NCBI RefSeq assembly: GCF_006345805.1
Contig: NC_043002.1
Location: 93,372,001 to 93,436,000, forward strand
Source: Octopus sinensis
Taxonomy: Eukaryota
Reading direction: 5' to 3'
Length of the DNA stretch: 64,000 nt
Within the stretch, counting starts at the first letter, position 1. Each line of letters begins with the position of its first letter. Shown piece after piece: positions 51,914 through 64,000 of this stretch. The position numbers and the translations under genes are program-made. The notes beneath the pieces are model-generated. The model searched no databases. It had not been told where the DNA came from and saw nothing but the letters and a program-made list of their open reading frames with translations.

Positions 51914-52250
51914 ATCTCTTATTATAAAAGGCAGATTTTATCTGCCTCCCTTTGGGAGTTATACAAATCTACAATATAGGATTTCTTCAATTACAATTTA
52001 CCTAGCATTTTTAAGAGTACAATGCATCGCGTCATGCCAGGTCCAGTTTTCAAAATTTAAACTCCAATTAAGCAAAATTTACAGAAAACTCACATTCTGG
52101 TGTGTGTGTCAAATGCTTTTCTTAGTCTGGTTTACACCACACGCAAACGCACACACACAGTGGGCAATGAATAAAATGAAACTAATTCACTTCCTGTAGT
52201 GAGTGATTCTTTCACTCTGCCTCCCACTTCCTCTTTCCACACATAGACAC
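51914..52250 (+). mobile_element. Helitron-like dispersed repeat (5' part)
   Basis: Starts A|TCTCTTATTATAAAAGGCAG. Homologous to 26850-27178. Confidence 0.55.
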
Positions 52251-52330
52251 GCAAATATATAAATAAAATTGTAAGCTAACGTGCGTGTGTGTCAGTGTGT
52301 GTGTGTGTGCGCGTGTGTGTGTGTGTGAGG

Positions 52331-52366
<36 letters not shown>

Positions 52367-52430
52367 GCGTGAGTGTGTGACAGGAAAGTTTTTTACGATG
52401 AATATAAGACCTATATCCAAGTAGCAGAAA

Positions 52431-52692
52431 GATAAGACAGTAAGGTGTGATTTGAGGGAGATTTGGCTGCTATTTCTACCATGTCTAGCTGCCATGTAGG
52501 GGTCTCCCTCATAGGCTCATACATATATACATAGATAAGACAGTAAGGTGTGATTTGGGGGAAATTTGGCTGCTATTTCTACCAGGTCTAGCTACCATGT
52601 AGAGGTCCCCCTCATTGGCTCATATATATATACATACATAAGACAGTAAGGTGTGATTTGAGGGAGATTTGGCTGCTGTTTCTACCAGGTCT
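52431..52692. repeat. ~2.5 tandem copies of a 103 bp unit
   Basis: ataagacagtaaggtgtgatttg at about 52432, 52535 and 52638. The core gagggagatttggctgctatttcta is also dispersed at about 10510, 16290 (minus), 18950 and 62190. Confidence 0.85.
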
Positions 52693-53057
52693 GTTAGGCC
52701 TTCTCATGTAAACTCAAGCTTTCTCATGCCTTGAACATAAGACCAAAGCAGAGAATGTATTCTTTTATTCTTCTGCTTTTTCCAGCCATTGGTCTGTGGC
52801 CATGCTGGGACAATGCCTTGAAGAATTGTAGTTTAATGAATCAACTCCAGTTTTATTTTTGTAAGCATTGTACTTATTCTATCTGTTTCCTTTGTCAAAC
52901 CACTAGGTGACAGGGATGTAAACAAACCAACATTCGTTGTCAAGCAGTGGTGGAGGACAATCACAAGCACAGACACGCACACACACACACATACATGCAT
53001 ATACATATACACACATACATACATACATACATATATATATATGTGTGTATATATATA

Positions 53058-53316
53058 TTGCAGCGTGGAAGGTGTTTGTAAGCCATTTAAGAAACACACA
53101 AAAACCGTTACATTCACTTCAACATTTAAATTTAATTTGCCAAAATATTTTCCTCGCTTTGAGACCGCGACCTGTTCACTGACAAAAATATCGTGCTAAC
53201 AGGTCGCGGTCTCAAAGCGACGAAAATATTTTGACAAATTAAATTTAAATGTTGAAGTGAATCTAACGGTTTTTGTGTGTTTCTTAAATGGCTTATAAAC
53301 ACCTTCAACGCTGCAA
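53058..53316. repeat. Inverted duplication (119 bp arms, 21 nt spacer) of a PLE-type module
   Basis: Arms at 53058-53176 and 53198-53316 with 5 mismatches, flanked by (TA)n. Confidence 0.9.
53136..53186 (-). ncRNA. Type I hammerhead motif, G3-C8 core variant
   Basis: UUUGUCA-GUGAACA-G-GUCGC(ggucucaaa)GCGAG-GAAA-AUAUUU/UGGCAAA. The right arm has GCGAC and UGACAAA, which restore perfect stems I and II. Confidence 0.65.
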
Positions 53317-53476
53317 CTGTTTTCGTTCCAGCACACGATCTCAGATCAAGTCACTTGCTATGCAAGTACATCTCTGTAACTATATATATTTATATATATA
53401 TATATATGTATATTGGTAAAAACAGTAAGATAACAAAAGAAAGAAAGAGACCTCAATATTATGTAAATAGAGGAAA

Positions 53477-54234
53477 TCTTTATATATAAAAGTGAGGTTG
53501 TGTGTCTGTCTCCTACGATTTAGATTCCTAACTACTCCCACATTTTGCGGTGCAGTTTAACCAAAACCGGGTATCTTATAGTCGTGATTCATATCGAGAC
53601 CGTCTGGGTATTAGTGTGCGTCTACGATGAGTCTACGATTTAAAAAAAAATTTACCATCAATTTTTCCCATTGTTAATCCATTTTTGACATATATAAGGG
53701 AAGTAACTCTCTAAAATTTATTATTAAATCTCAGAACGTAAAAAGCTACAGTAACACCCCTCCCCCTTTGTGGTTAGCCATATTGAGATGGCTATTATAC
53801 TTTACATCTCTAAAAATGCTTATATAATTATTTCCCTTACAAACCCGAGCAACGCCGGGCGATACTGCTAGTCTTTATATATAAAAGTGAAGTTGTGTGT
53901 CTGTCTCCTACGATTTAGATTCTTAACTACTCCCACATTTTGCGGTGCAGTTTAACCAAAACCGGGTATCTTATAGTCTCGATTCATATCGAGCCCTTCT
54001 GGGTATTAGCACGCGTCTACAAAAATCTTTTCCCATTTTTAATGCATTTTTTGCTATTATATAAGGAAGTAACTCTCTAAAAATGTATTATTAAATCTCA
54101 GAACATAAAAAGCTACAGTAACACCCCCCTTTGTGGTTTGCCATATTGAGCTGGCTATTATACTTTACATCTCTAAAAATGCTTATATAGTTATTTCCCT
54201 TACAAACCCGAGCAACGCTGGGCGATACTGCTAG
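53477..54234 (+). mobile_element. Head-to-tail dimer of a non-autonomous Helitron
   Basis: A|TCTTTATATATAAAAG...CTAG(53871)|TCTTTATATATAAAAG...CTAG(54234)|T. Each unit has the subterminal ccgagcaacgc(c/t)gggcg. Confidence 0.88.
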
Positions 54235-55059
54235 TTAAATATAGATAATCATCTGTCAAAAGACCATGAGTGTGTGTGCGTGTGTGTGTCTGTGTGCGTG
54301 TGTCTGTTCCCCACTTCTACTTGACAATTGGTGTTGGTTTGTTTATGTAACTGTCACTTAGCAGTTCGACAAAAGAGACTGATAGAATAAGTACTGTGGC
54401 TAAAAAAAAGCCCTTCAAGACTGTGCCCCAGTATGGCTGCAGTCTAATGACTGAAACAGATAAAAGATATGGATAATCTGTGTGAAAGTCCATTAGACAG
54501 ACTGTTCCCATTATTAACACTACCATGTTAAGTCTCTTTATTCTGTTTCAAACATTCAAATCCCTGGCCTGAGTATGACTTCTTTTCCTCCCTTCAGGCA
54601 AAGAGGCTCTTAAAAGTTTCACAAGTCCTGCCCTCCCTCCTCTAGCTAAACTGTAGAAAACATATTGGTGTGTGTGTGTGCACAGTTCTCTATCATTTGC
54701 CAATGAAGATTCAATTTTTCAATGAATTGAATTAACTGCTCTTGAATTAATGTGTAAGTGGCTGAATATTTCAAAGATACTTGTGCCCTTAATGTAATTC
54801 TCTAGCATAATCAACATAGCACAGCTTTGAATTACAAGTAGAGTCCATCTGTTGTTACTTCAGGGGGGGATTTCTTTTTATCAAGCTCTGAACCGTATTT
54901 TGTTTTTTAACACTATTTATTTATTAAGGGATCTTTCCCAGATGAAAATCACAGCCTCTGGCTTTTCAACTAGACATGTTATGTCATATTTGTAAAATTT
55001 TTACTATAGAGCTGCTTCATTGCCTAATTTGAATTTTATTCTAATAATATTTGAGCGAG

Positions 55060-55263
55060 GTCATTGCCAGTACTGCCTGACTGGCCTCCGTGCCAGTGGC
55101 ACGTAAAAAGCACCCACTACACTCTCGGAGTGGTTGGCATTAGGAAGGGCATCCAGCTGTAGAAACTCAGCCAAATCAAGATAGGAGCCTGGTGCAGTCT
55201 TCTGGTTCGCCAGCCCTCAGTCAAAATTGTCCAACCCATGCTAGCATGGAAAGCGGACGTAAG
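55060..55263 (+). mobile_element. SINE family D
   Basis: Reverse complement of the 330-545 copy. Confidence 0.78.
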
Positions 55264-55349
55264 TACTGGGAGTTTGCTTTAATTGACCAGTCTAACCAAA
55301 GTGTCAGGCCTTGTTCCTATGTAAAAAAAAAGAAACTATTACTATCATT

Positions 55350-57520
55350 ATTAAGCTGGCAGAATTATTAGTCTGTTGGACAAAATACTTACAAGTATTT
55401 CTTCCGGCTCTTTACGTTCTGAGTGCAAATGCTGTTGAGGTCAACCTTGCCTTTTAAAATCCTTTCAGGGTTGATAAAAATCAGTATCAGTGGAACACTG
55501 GAGTTGATGCAACCAACTAGATCCCTCCTCTAAACTGTCAGGCCTTGTGCCTATAAAAGAAAGGATTATTATTATTATTATGGTGGTAAGCTGACAGAAT
55601 CATTAGTACATTGGGCAAAATACTTAATAGCATTTCTTCCTGTTCTTTATATTCTGGGTTCAAATACTTCTGAGGTCGACTTTGCCTTTTATCCCTTAAA
55701 GGTCGATAAAATAATGTACTAGTCAAGTACTGGGGTTTATGTAATTGATTTACAGTTCCCTTAAAATTTCTGGCCTTGTGCCAAAATTTGAAACTATTAT
55801 TATCATTATTATTATAAAGGCAGCGAGCTGGCAGAATCGTTAGCATGCTGGATGAAATACTTCGTGGTATTTCACCCATCACTATGTTCTGAGTTCAAAT
55901 TCCACCAAGGTTGACTTTGTGTTTCATCCTTTTGGAGTCGATGAAATAAGTACCAGTTATGCACTGGGGTTGATGTAATCGCCTAGCTCCCTTCTCCAAA
56001 ATTTCAGGCCTTGTGCCTATAGTAGAAAGGATCATTATTATTATTAAGACAGCAAGCATGCCTTTCATACTTTTAGGGTCAATAAAATAAATACGAGAGC
56101 TGGGGTCGATGTAATTGACTTAATCCCTCTCTTGAAATTGCTGGCCTTGTGTTAAAATTTGAAACCAATAAAATAAAGTGCTGAGCTAGCAGAATCAATA
56201 GCATGCTGGGCAAAATACTGAGCGGCCTTTCATCCGTTTGCATGTTCCGAGGTCGATTTTTGCCTTTCATCCTTTCAGGGTTACGCACTGGCATCAATGT
56301 AATCAACTTACTCACCCCTGCAAATTTCAGGTCTTGTGCCTATAATAGAAAGGATTATTAGTATTAAGGTGGTGAGCTGGCAGAACCATCAGCCTGCTGG
56401 ACAAAATGCTTAGTGGTATTTCATCCAGGCGGCGAGCTGGCAGAAATGTTAGCATGCCAGGCGAAATGCTTAGCGGTATTTCGTCTGCGTTACGTTGTGA
56501 GTTCAAATTCCGCCGAGGTCGACTTTACCTTTCATCCTTTCGGGGTCGATAAATTAAGTACCAGTTACGCACTGGGGTCGATGTAATCGACTTAATACCT
56601 ATGTCTGTCCTTGTTTGTCCCCTCTGTGTTTAGCCCCTTGTGGGTAATAAAGAAATAGGTATTTCATCCATTTTTACATTCTGTGCTACAATTTTGCTGA
56701 GGTCAGTGTTGCCTTGTATCCTTTTGGTGTCAATAAAATAAGCACCAGACAAGCACTGGGGTTGATGTAATCGGCACCCACCCCTCAAATTTTTTGGCTT
56801 TGTACCAAAATGAGACAGGATTAGTATTATTAGGAAAGCAGTGATCTGGTAGAATTATTAGTGTGTCAGAAAAATGTCTGGTGACATTTGTTCTGACACT
56901 TTGTGTTTGTAGTTCAATTCCTGGCAAGATCAACTTCACCTTCCATCCTTCCTGAGTTGATAAAATAAAGTTTCAGTCATGCGCTGGGGTTGATTTAATT
57001 AACTAACCCTTCCCCCCTAAACAAATTAAGGTCTATTAAAAGACAATTATTCTGGCTGTTAATGTTATGAGTTCAAATCTCACTGAAGCCAATTTTGCTT
57101 TTTATTCCTCTGGCATCTATAAAATAAAGTCTCAGTCATGTACTGGAGTTGATGGTATCTACTAATCCTTTCCCTCAAATTGTTGGCCTTCTTCCTGAAT
57201 TAGAACCCATTATTATTATGAAAAAAAAAAAAAAAAGAGAAAGGTAGCGAGCCGTGTGAAATGCGTAGCCGTATTTCGTCTGCCGTTACGTTCTGAGTTC
57301 AAATTCCGCCGAGGACGACTTTGCCTTTCATCCTTTCGGGGTCGATAAATTAAGTACCAGTTACGCACTGGGGTCGATATAATCGACTTAATCCGTTTGT
57401 CTGTCCTTGTTTGTCCCCTCTGTGTTTAGCCCCCTGTGGGCAATAAAGAAATAAGAATTGTTAGCATGCCAGACAAAATGTTTAGTGACATTTTGTCCAT
57501 CTTTATGTTCTGAGTTCAAG
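55350..57520 (+). mobile_element. Long same-orientation array of SINE B copies (about 9-10), with B1 nested in B2
   Basis: Repeated gctggcagaat heads follow (att)n tails. B1 at 56428-56657 has TSD ggtatttcatcca at 56415-56427 and 56658-56670. A second B1 at about 57253-57454 interrupts a B2 head. Confidence 0.82.
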
Positions 57521-57664
57521 TAAGTACCAAGCTTAAAAAAAAAAAAAAAAAGTATTGGGATCAATTTGTTTGACTAAAGGAAATAATAAAAGAACCCTTC
57601 AAGGTTATGCTCCATGGTTGTTGCAGTCCAATGACTGACAAATAAATAGAACATAAAAAATATG

Positions 57665-58078
57665 GGCTCTTTTTGGTTTGAACGACAGTTTTTTCTAGCG
57701 GTGTCATATAAAATTGTCAACCATAATTATGACCCTAGTATCGATCTATTGCATTTCAATCTGTTTCAGGGTTAGGGGTGGGGGGAAGGGTATCTTTTTT
57801 TCATCACAAATGTAAATAAACCCAATCTGTTTCTTAAACGAGGGACATATTCATACAGCACAGAATGTTTTTTTTACCTCAATAGATGTCACTGATTGGT
57901 TGAAATTGCAGAAATTGAAGAAAAAAAACCAACAAATATCTTACAAACTATAGAATTTTCTCAATAAAGCCAAGAGAAAAGATGTTTTATAAACACATTC
58001 TATCAGTATACGAAGTTTAAAATTTTTTAGTTATCTAGAAATTATTTTTAAAAACTGCCGTTCAAACCGAAAAGATCC
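57665..58078 (+). mobile_element. Merlin-like MITE copy
   Basis: Both TIRs present, no TSD recognised. Confidence 0.82.
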
Positions 58079-58497
58079 CATATCTGTGCTAGTGTGCATC
58101 TCTGAACAGAGTTTGGGGGGCCAATGAAGTTATTACTTTTACTTTATTAAGCATGCACTTTGTTTGTCCAGACTGAGGAGAAGGTATAGTCTACTTAGAA
58201 TGGTGTCGTAGTAAATGTAGAAGTACCTGGGTATTTGGGAGTGATTGAGCATACAATAGAAGTGACTGTGTGATTTAAATTGGCTGCAGAAAGAAACCCT
58301 GTCCCTTGCATGTCAATGTGATTTTTTCATTTTCAGCATTTTTGTTTTATTGTGAAGATTGGCCTGTGTTGATGCAGAATAGGGTATTTTGTGATATTGT
58401 ATTGTTTAGTCTAGGCCAACCTTGATTTAAAATATTTTAATATCTATAATATACCAATATTGATGTAGTTGTGCTGTGTGGAGTAGCTGTGTGGTAA

Positions 58498-58904
58498 GGC
58501 GCAGGAGTGGCTGTGTGGTAAGTAGCTTGCTTATGAACTACATGGTTCCGGGTTCAGTCCCACTGCGTGGCATCTTGGGCAAATGTCTTCTACTATAGCC
58601 TCGGGCCGACCAAAGCCTTGTGAGTGGATTTGGTAGACGGAAACTGAAAGAAGCCTGTCGTATGTATGTGTATATATATACGTATGTTTGTGTGTCTGTG
58701 TTTGTCCCCCTAGCATTGCTTGACAACCGATGCTGGTGTGTTTATGTCCCCGTTACTTAGCGGTTCGGCAAAAAGAGACCGATAGAATAAGTACTGGGCT
58801 TACAAAGAATAAGTCCCGGGGTCGATTTGCTTGACTAAAGGTGGTGCTCCAGCATGGCCGCAGTCAAATGACTGAAACAAGTAAAAGTAAAAAGTAAGTA
58901 AAAG
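58498..58904 (+). mobile_element. SINE family A, full length
   Basis: Complete head, body and (gtaaaa)n tail. Confidence 0.88.
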
Positions 58905-59024
58905 TTGATTTTCTCTATTCTTTTTTTTTTATAGAAATTAATCTTTAGTCTAATGAAGAATAATCATTATTGTTGCTGTTGTTGTTGATTCTATTGCTAT
59001 TCTAATTCTTTTGATCTTTTTCAG

Positions 59025-59100
59025 AATATATAGACCAGATTTCAATTCAAAGGAAAAATTATGGTTTAGGAAATAAGAGCAGATTTTTTTAGATAGAACA
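59025..59100 (+). other. Probable 5' UTR part of the exon (splice acceptor at 59024/59025)
   Basis: Branch-point-like tctaat at 59001-59006 and polypyrimidine tract ttcttttgatctttttcAG. In-frame stop at 59074-59076 upstream of the ATG. Tiny uORF ATG GTT TAG at 59061. Confidence 0.55.
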
Positions 59101-61069
59101 ATGGAACTTTTTGACAAACTTCAGACTGAATGGAAGGAAAAGTTTCCTGATGATGTTCTGCCTGAAATTATTCCAAAAGATAAAAAGATCTGTACATCTG
59201 TGTTACTGGATGTCATCAGTAAGTCTGAGGAAGAAATGCAAGATTTGGAGAAAAGAATTAAGCAACTGAAATTATTACAGGAGTTCTTAAAAGCGTTTGT
59301 GGAAAGAATTCAAGAGACTTCTGAGCAAGATGAAAATAAGTTTGATAATTCCAGTTCTATTGCGAATGAAATCAGGAAACTAGCCACTGAGACTGTTGCT
59401 ATTTCAAAACATATTTATGCAGACGATTTTTATCGGGAGACCGAACCTTCAGATGCTGCGCCTGACTGCAAATATGATCCTGACTCAACCAAAAATCGTC
59501 CCTATAGTGTCGATTATCACCTTACCAGGCGAACCATGCTCGGAACTGAAAGTGAAAACAAAGAACTAGATGCAAGTCTGAATCAAGAAAATGATGTGTC
59601 TGATAAAAAGCCGGTAACATCACCACTTACCCACAGTTTTTCTACGCCTCTTCCTAAGAAAAACCTAATACGGAAGCCGCCAGTCAAACAGCCAGTTAAA
59701 TTGCCCAGGAATCGCCCCCGTGTAGCGAGCGTGTCGCCTGGGATCGAAGATGAAAATACTGACAGTTTTAATAGTCACACAAGCTCTCTCACAAACGAGA
59801 ATAAATTGTCATCAAGTTTTAAATCCACCAAAAGACCTAAACCGCCTAGTCTACCCCCCAAACCTAAAAAGTCTTTATCTATGAAGGACTCTGGTTTAAG
59901 TGTTGCGCTTAAGAGTAACAATAGCTGCAACAGTAGCACCCCTAGTTGCAGTAGCAGCAGCTGCAACAGTAACATCAGCAGCACTAATCAGAGTAATGCT
60001 TGTTCTATAGAGGAAAACATTGATAATGCCACTGGTCAGTCGAGTGCTGCTATAAACAGTGTTAATTCATCAACATCACCAGTTGGCGGTGACAGTAATA
60101 CACTGAGTAAAAGATTAACGACAAACAATCAGGTCAATTCAGTAGGTCAACAACAGCCTTTATCAGCGGGACTAAATACAAAAACGAGTTTACTATCAAG
60201 CCAAGCAAACACAGCTCGCAACTGTAGCTGTCAAGGTAGTAGTAGTTTCACTAGCAACGGGGAAGAGATCATAGCAGCGGAATATCGATCCCATTCATCT
60301 CGTGCTTCACTTAGCGGATCCGATCCAACTAAAGACTTGTTGAAGCCTTTCGTTGATAAAGACGAAGAGAAACCCCAATTTTCTGAGAAAGAACAGGAAG
60401 GTGACGATCATTTCGAAAAATCCGAGACACACGAAAGTCAGTGTAAACAAGCGTGTGTTGCTGATACTGAGCAGACGTCTTTATTGAGTGAAGTAGCGAA
60501 CGAAGTAGAAGTAGAAGCCGAGTCGCCTGAGAACAACCCAGTCGTTGGTGTAGCGGGAAGAGAGTCTGGTGATCTTGAGATCGAAGTTGAGTGTGATAAA
60601 AGCGAGGCTGAAATCGGCAGCAACCAGAACGACCACCAGAATGGTCACGAAGAAAATAAAATAGTCACGGAAACCAGTAATATCAACAGCAGCAACATGT
60701 TGGGTTCTAAGAAGCACAAAGAGATCCACATTGTCAGCTATCGGAAATTAGATGGGGACTTCATCGAGACTCCTTTGCACAGCAGTGCGACTTTAGTCAA
60801 GCCTGAAAGGCGATCACAAGTGAGTGATGATGTTATGACACGGTCAACAGGTGCTATTGAGGATTCTAGACTATGGTCTTCAGATAAGGGTTTTGATCGG
60901 AAGCGTATTTCTTCACCGTTTGATTTCCGATTCAATAAATTCGATGACAAATCGAAGAGCCACGAAACCAACGTTTCTCTTACCGAGAAACCTGAGGAAA
61001 TTAACTTTTTGAATAGCAGATCACATGGGTTAGCGAATGGTAAGCAGATCGAAGGTTCTGTTCCGAAAG
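59101..61069 (+). CDS. BCR: First coding exon (656 codons + 1 nt) of a BCR/ABR-like Rho GEF/GAP protein; the rest of the gene lies beyond the window
   Basis: A 660-codon ORF in a repeat-dense region. WKEKFPDDVLP aligns with human BCR WKAQFPDSEPP (W11, K12, F15, P16, D17, P21) and MQDLEKRIKQLKLLQEFL aligns with IRRLEQEVNQERFRMIYL, indicating the Bcr-Abl oligomerisation domain. Ser/Pro/acid-rich low complexity follows. Donor AAG|GTAAGC at 61070. Coding status is certain; orthology rests on the N-terminal domain only. Confidence 0.72.
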
Positions 61070-62277
61070 GTAAGCTAATTTAAATGTAACCTCTATCATT
61101 ACACAATTTTTTTCCATTGACAATGTTTTCAAATCTTTATCTTATATGACACCTCCTATATTTAACCTAAAGTTCGAATAATAGGAATATAAAGTAAAAA
61201 AAAAACAAACAAAAAACTCTGGATTTTTTTCTTTTGCTTCAAAATCTTAATTAAAATATATATTTTTCTTTCTAATCTTAGGAAATAAGAATGAAAGAAA
61301 AAAGCAAACAATAACAAATAATTTATTTCTTATATCGTTTATTTTATCTTAGGAACATTTCTTATTAAATGTTAACAAAAATGAACTTATCCACCTATTT
61401 TCTTAACATTATCGATCGCGCGCGTATGTGTGGGTGGTGAAAACACGCACTCATAAATGCATACATAAGCACGTACATACATACATAATACCTCTATACA
61501 TACCTTCATACATACATACATACATACCTACATACACACATCGTATAGAAAACATGCATACGCATAGGAAAACATACACACACTATAGATATACATACAT
61601 GAAAATAGGAATCGTTATCATTTATTATTTATTGTTTGTGCGTGTCTGTCTATATACGTCGAGCTGTTGTCTCTCGAATTCTACCCGCATATTAGGGCGT
61701 ACCCGTTTATAAGAATCTTCCTCAACGTCGATTCTACATTTGTCAAACCCATAGCCGTTTTATATACCCCGTACTAAATGTATGGAGAATCAAGAAATTT
61801 AGCCGCTTTTTTACTGACGCCTATGTCTTCCCATTATGTGTCTCTGCTATCTTATTATCTTAACTGAATAACTTAATTACGACATTATTGTAGCTTTTTT
61901 TATTATTGTCGTTGTTATGTTGATGATAATGATATATATTTTATAATTAGTCATTTATTCGTGTGTCCGTGTGTGCGTATGTTTTCTGGCGTAGTTGCTG
62001 TTACTAAAAACCCTTGTCTCCATAAGTCAGCTCCTGATCGTACACACCTATAATCAAAGACATTCCACCAGTGACCCTCCCCATTGTTTTATTTATTATC
62101 TTTTTTTTCCTCCAGGGGAACGGGTAACAATATATTATTACCAGTGTATTCTTTTTTAAAATTTTATTTTAAAACGGCAGGATGATATTTGAGGGAAATT
62201 TAGCTGCTATTCGTTGCAAACCGAGCTACTACATAGGGGTTCACTCGTTTCATCTTTATTCTGTATTAGCATATTGC

Positions 62278-62299
<22 letters not shown>

Positions 62300-62310
<11 letters not shown>

Positions 62311-62938
62311 TATGTAATATTTGCACACATAATATAATATATTTATTCTATACATACATACATATATATATAATATATATTATATACATACATATATATA
62401 TATCATACACATTTATGTATATAATATATATTATATACATACATATATATATCATACACATTTATGTATATACATAATGTATATATATATATATTACATG
62501 CATGTAATATATATATATGTACACATGTATAATGATGATGTATACATGTTGTGTATATAACATATATATATATTCTTTTGTTCTTTATACATCATTTATT
62601 TATACATATGTACACACAGTGTGTGTGTGTGTGTATGTGTGTGTATATATATGTTTATTTATACATGTTATATATATTGAATATATATATATATTATATA
62701 CATGTAATTTGTAATTTATATATACATATACATATCAAGGTCGGTGCCCCAGCATGGCCTCAGCCGGATGGCTGAAACAAGTAAAAGAGTAGAGTATATG
62801 TATACATATATATGTATATATATAATATATATATAGGTCATACATATATATGTATATCATATACATATGTATTATACATACATACATTATATATATATAT
62901 ATATAGATATATATATATATATATATAATATACATATG

Positions 62939-62984
<46 letters not shown>

Positions 62985-63019
62985 CATATGTATATATATA
63001 TATATATATATAGATATAT

Positions 63020-63053
<34 letters not shown>

Positions 63054-63086
63054 ATATTATATATATATATATATAATATACATATG

Positions 63087-63130
<44 letters not shown>

Positions 63131-63138
63131 CATATGTA

Positions 63139-63186
<48 letters not shown>

Positions 63187-63195
63187 CATTGTATT

Positions 63196-63227
<32 letters not shown>

Positions 63228-63345
63228 ATATACATATGTATTATAAGTATATATATATATATAATATACATATGTATTATAAATATATATTATATACATA
63301 TGATATAATGTATATATATTACATAAAATGAATTATTTTATTTCA
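62300..63345. repeat. (TA)n/(TATACA)-rich microsatellite block
   Basis: Low-complexity TA, TG and CA runs. Confidence 0.9.
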
Positions 63346-63681
63346 CATGGCCTTTCATTTTTTGGTGCTTTGTCTTTATTAGTATTGGGTTTATAAGGAG
63401 GAGAATTTGCAAACCTGTTGATGCTATTCCTTATGAACAGAGACACTGTGACATAAATGCTTTAATCATATCCCTAGTTCATCTATTTGACTACACACGT
63501 ATCCAACCCCACACATGTACAATCATATATATATATATTCTGACATATATGAAAATACAAATAAATGCCTGCTTACATATAAACCCTCAACTCATATATT
63601 GATACGTATTAACATACCAACATAAACATGTACATATTTCCATACACATATCTGTACATGCTCACACACACACACACAAAC

Positions 63682-63712
<31 letters not shown>

Positions 63713-64000
63713 ATACATATATGTCTACATATTTATATATCTGTGTATGTATATGTATATTGACAACTGGTTTGAGTTCATATTTTTGTTGCTAACCTGT
63801 GCTTAATGAGTTTGTAAATGTTTGGATGTTTGAATGTGATGTGGGCGCAAGTTTTTTTTTAAAAGATTGAGATTTTATGTTTTAAGAAGTAATGCAATTA
63901 CTCAGAGTTTTCGTAACATGTATTTGCCAGCTATTTATTCCTGCTGAGAAAACGAATTTAAATGATTTGCCCAAAGACAGCGATTGCGCTAAAACTCAAA

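Noticed and set aside
59775-60971. Several minus-strand ORFs overlapping the large exon
   Set aside because: Antisense shadows of the real + strand CDS.

Overview
AT-rich eukaryotic window. The SINE, MITE and microsatellite content looks like an Octopus (cephalopod) genome; I recognise this from the repeat families and did not search for it. The only convincing host coding sequence is a ~2 kb first coding exon (ATG 59101, splice donor 61070, + strand). It encodes a BCR-type N-terminal oligomerisation coiled coil followed by a long low-complexity region. The upstream ~59 kb is intronic or intergenic and is packed with repeats: four tRNA/RTE-type SINE families, Tx1/L1, CR1, RTE and CRE-like LINE fragments, two GIY-YIG Penelope-like elements (PLEs), a Tigger/pogo fossil, Helitron derivatives, piggyBac, mariner and Merlin-like MITEs, and long (TA)n tracts. 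The main hidden signal is a set of minimal type I hammerhead ribozyme (HHR) motifs in PLE-derived modules. They include compensatory core variants (C3-G8, U3-A8, G3-C8) and a shared A6U variant. Most lie about 80-100 nt from a microsatellite tract, and several are duplicated into long inverted hairpins. A second signal is a SINE that shares its 3' tail with a Tx1-type LINE and inserted twice at the same site of a sister SINE. No CRISPR array, rRNA gene or true tRNA gene was found. Almost all short ORFs in the supplied track are spurious or transposon remnants.
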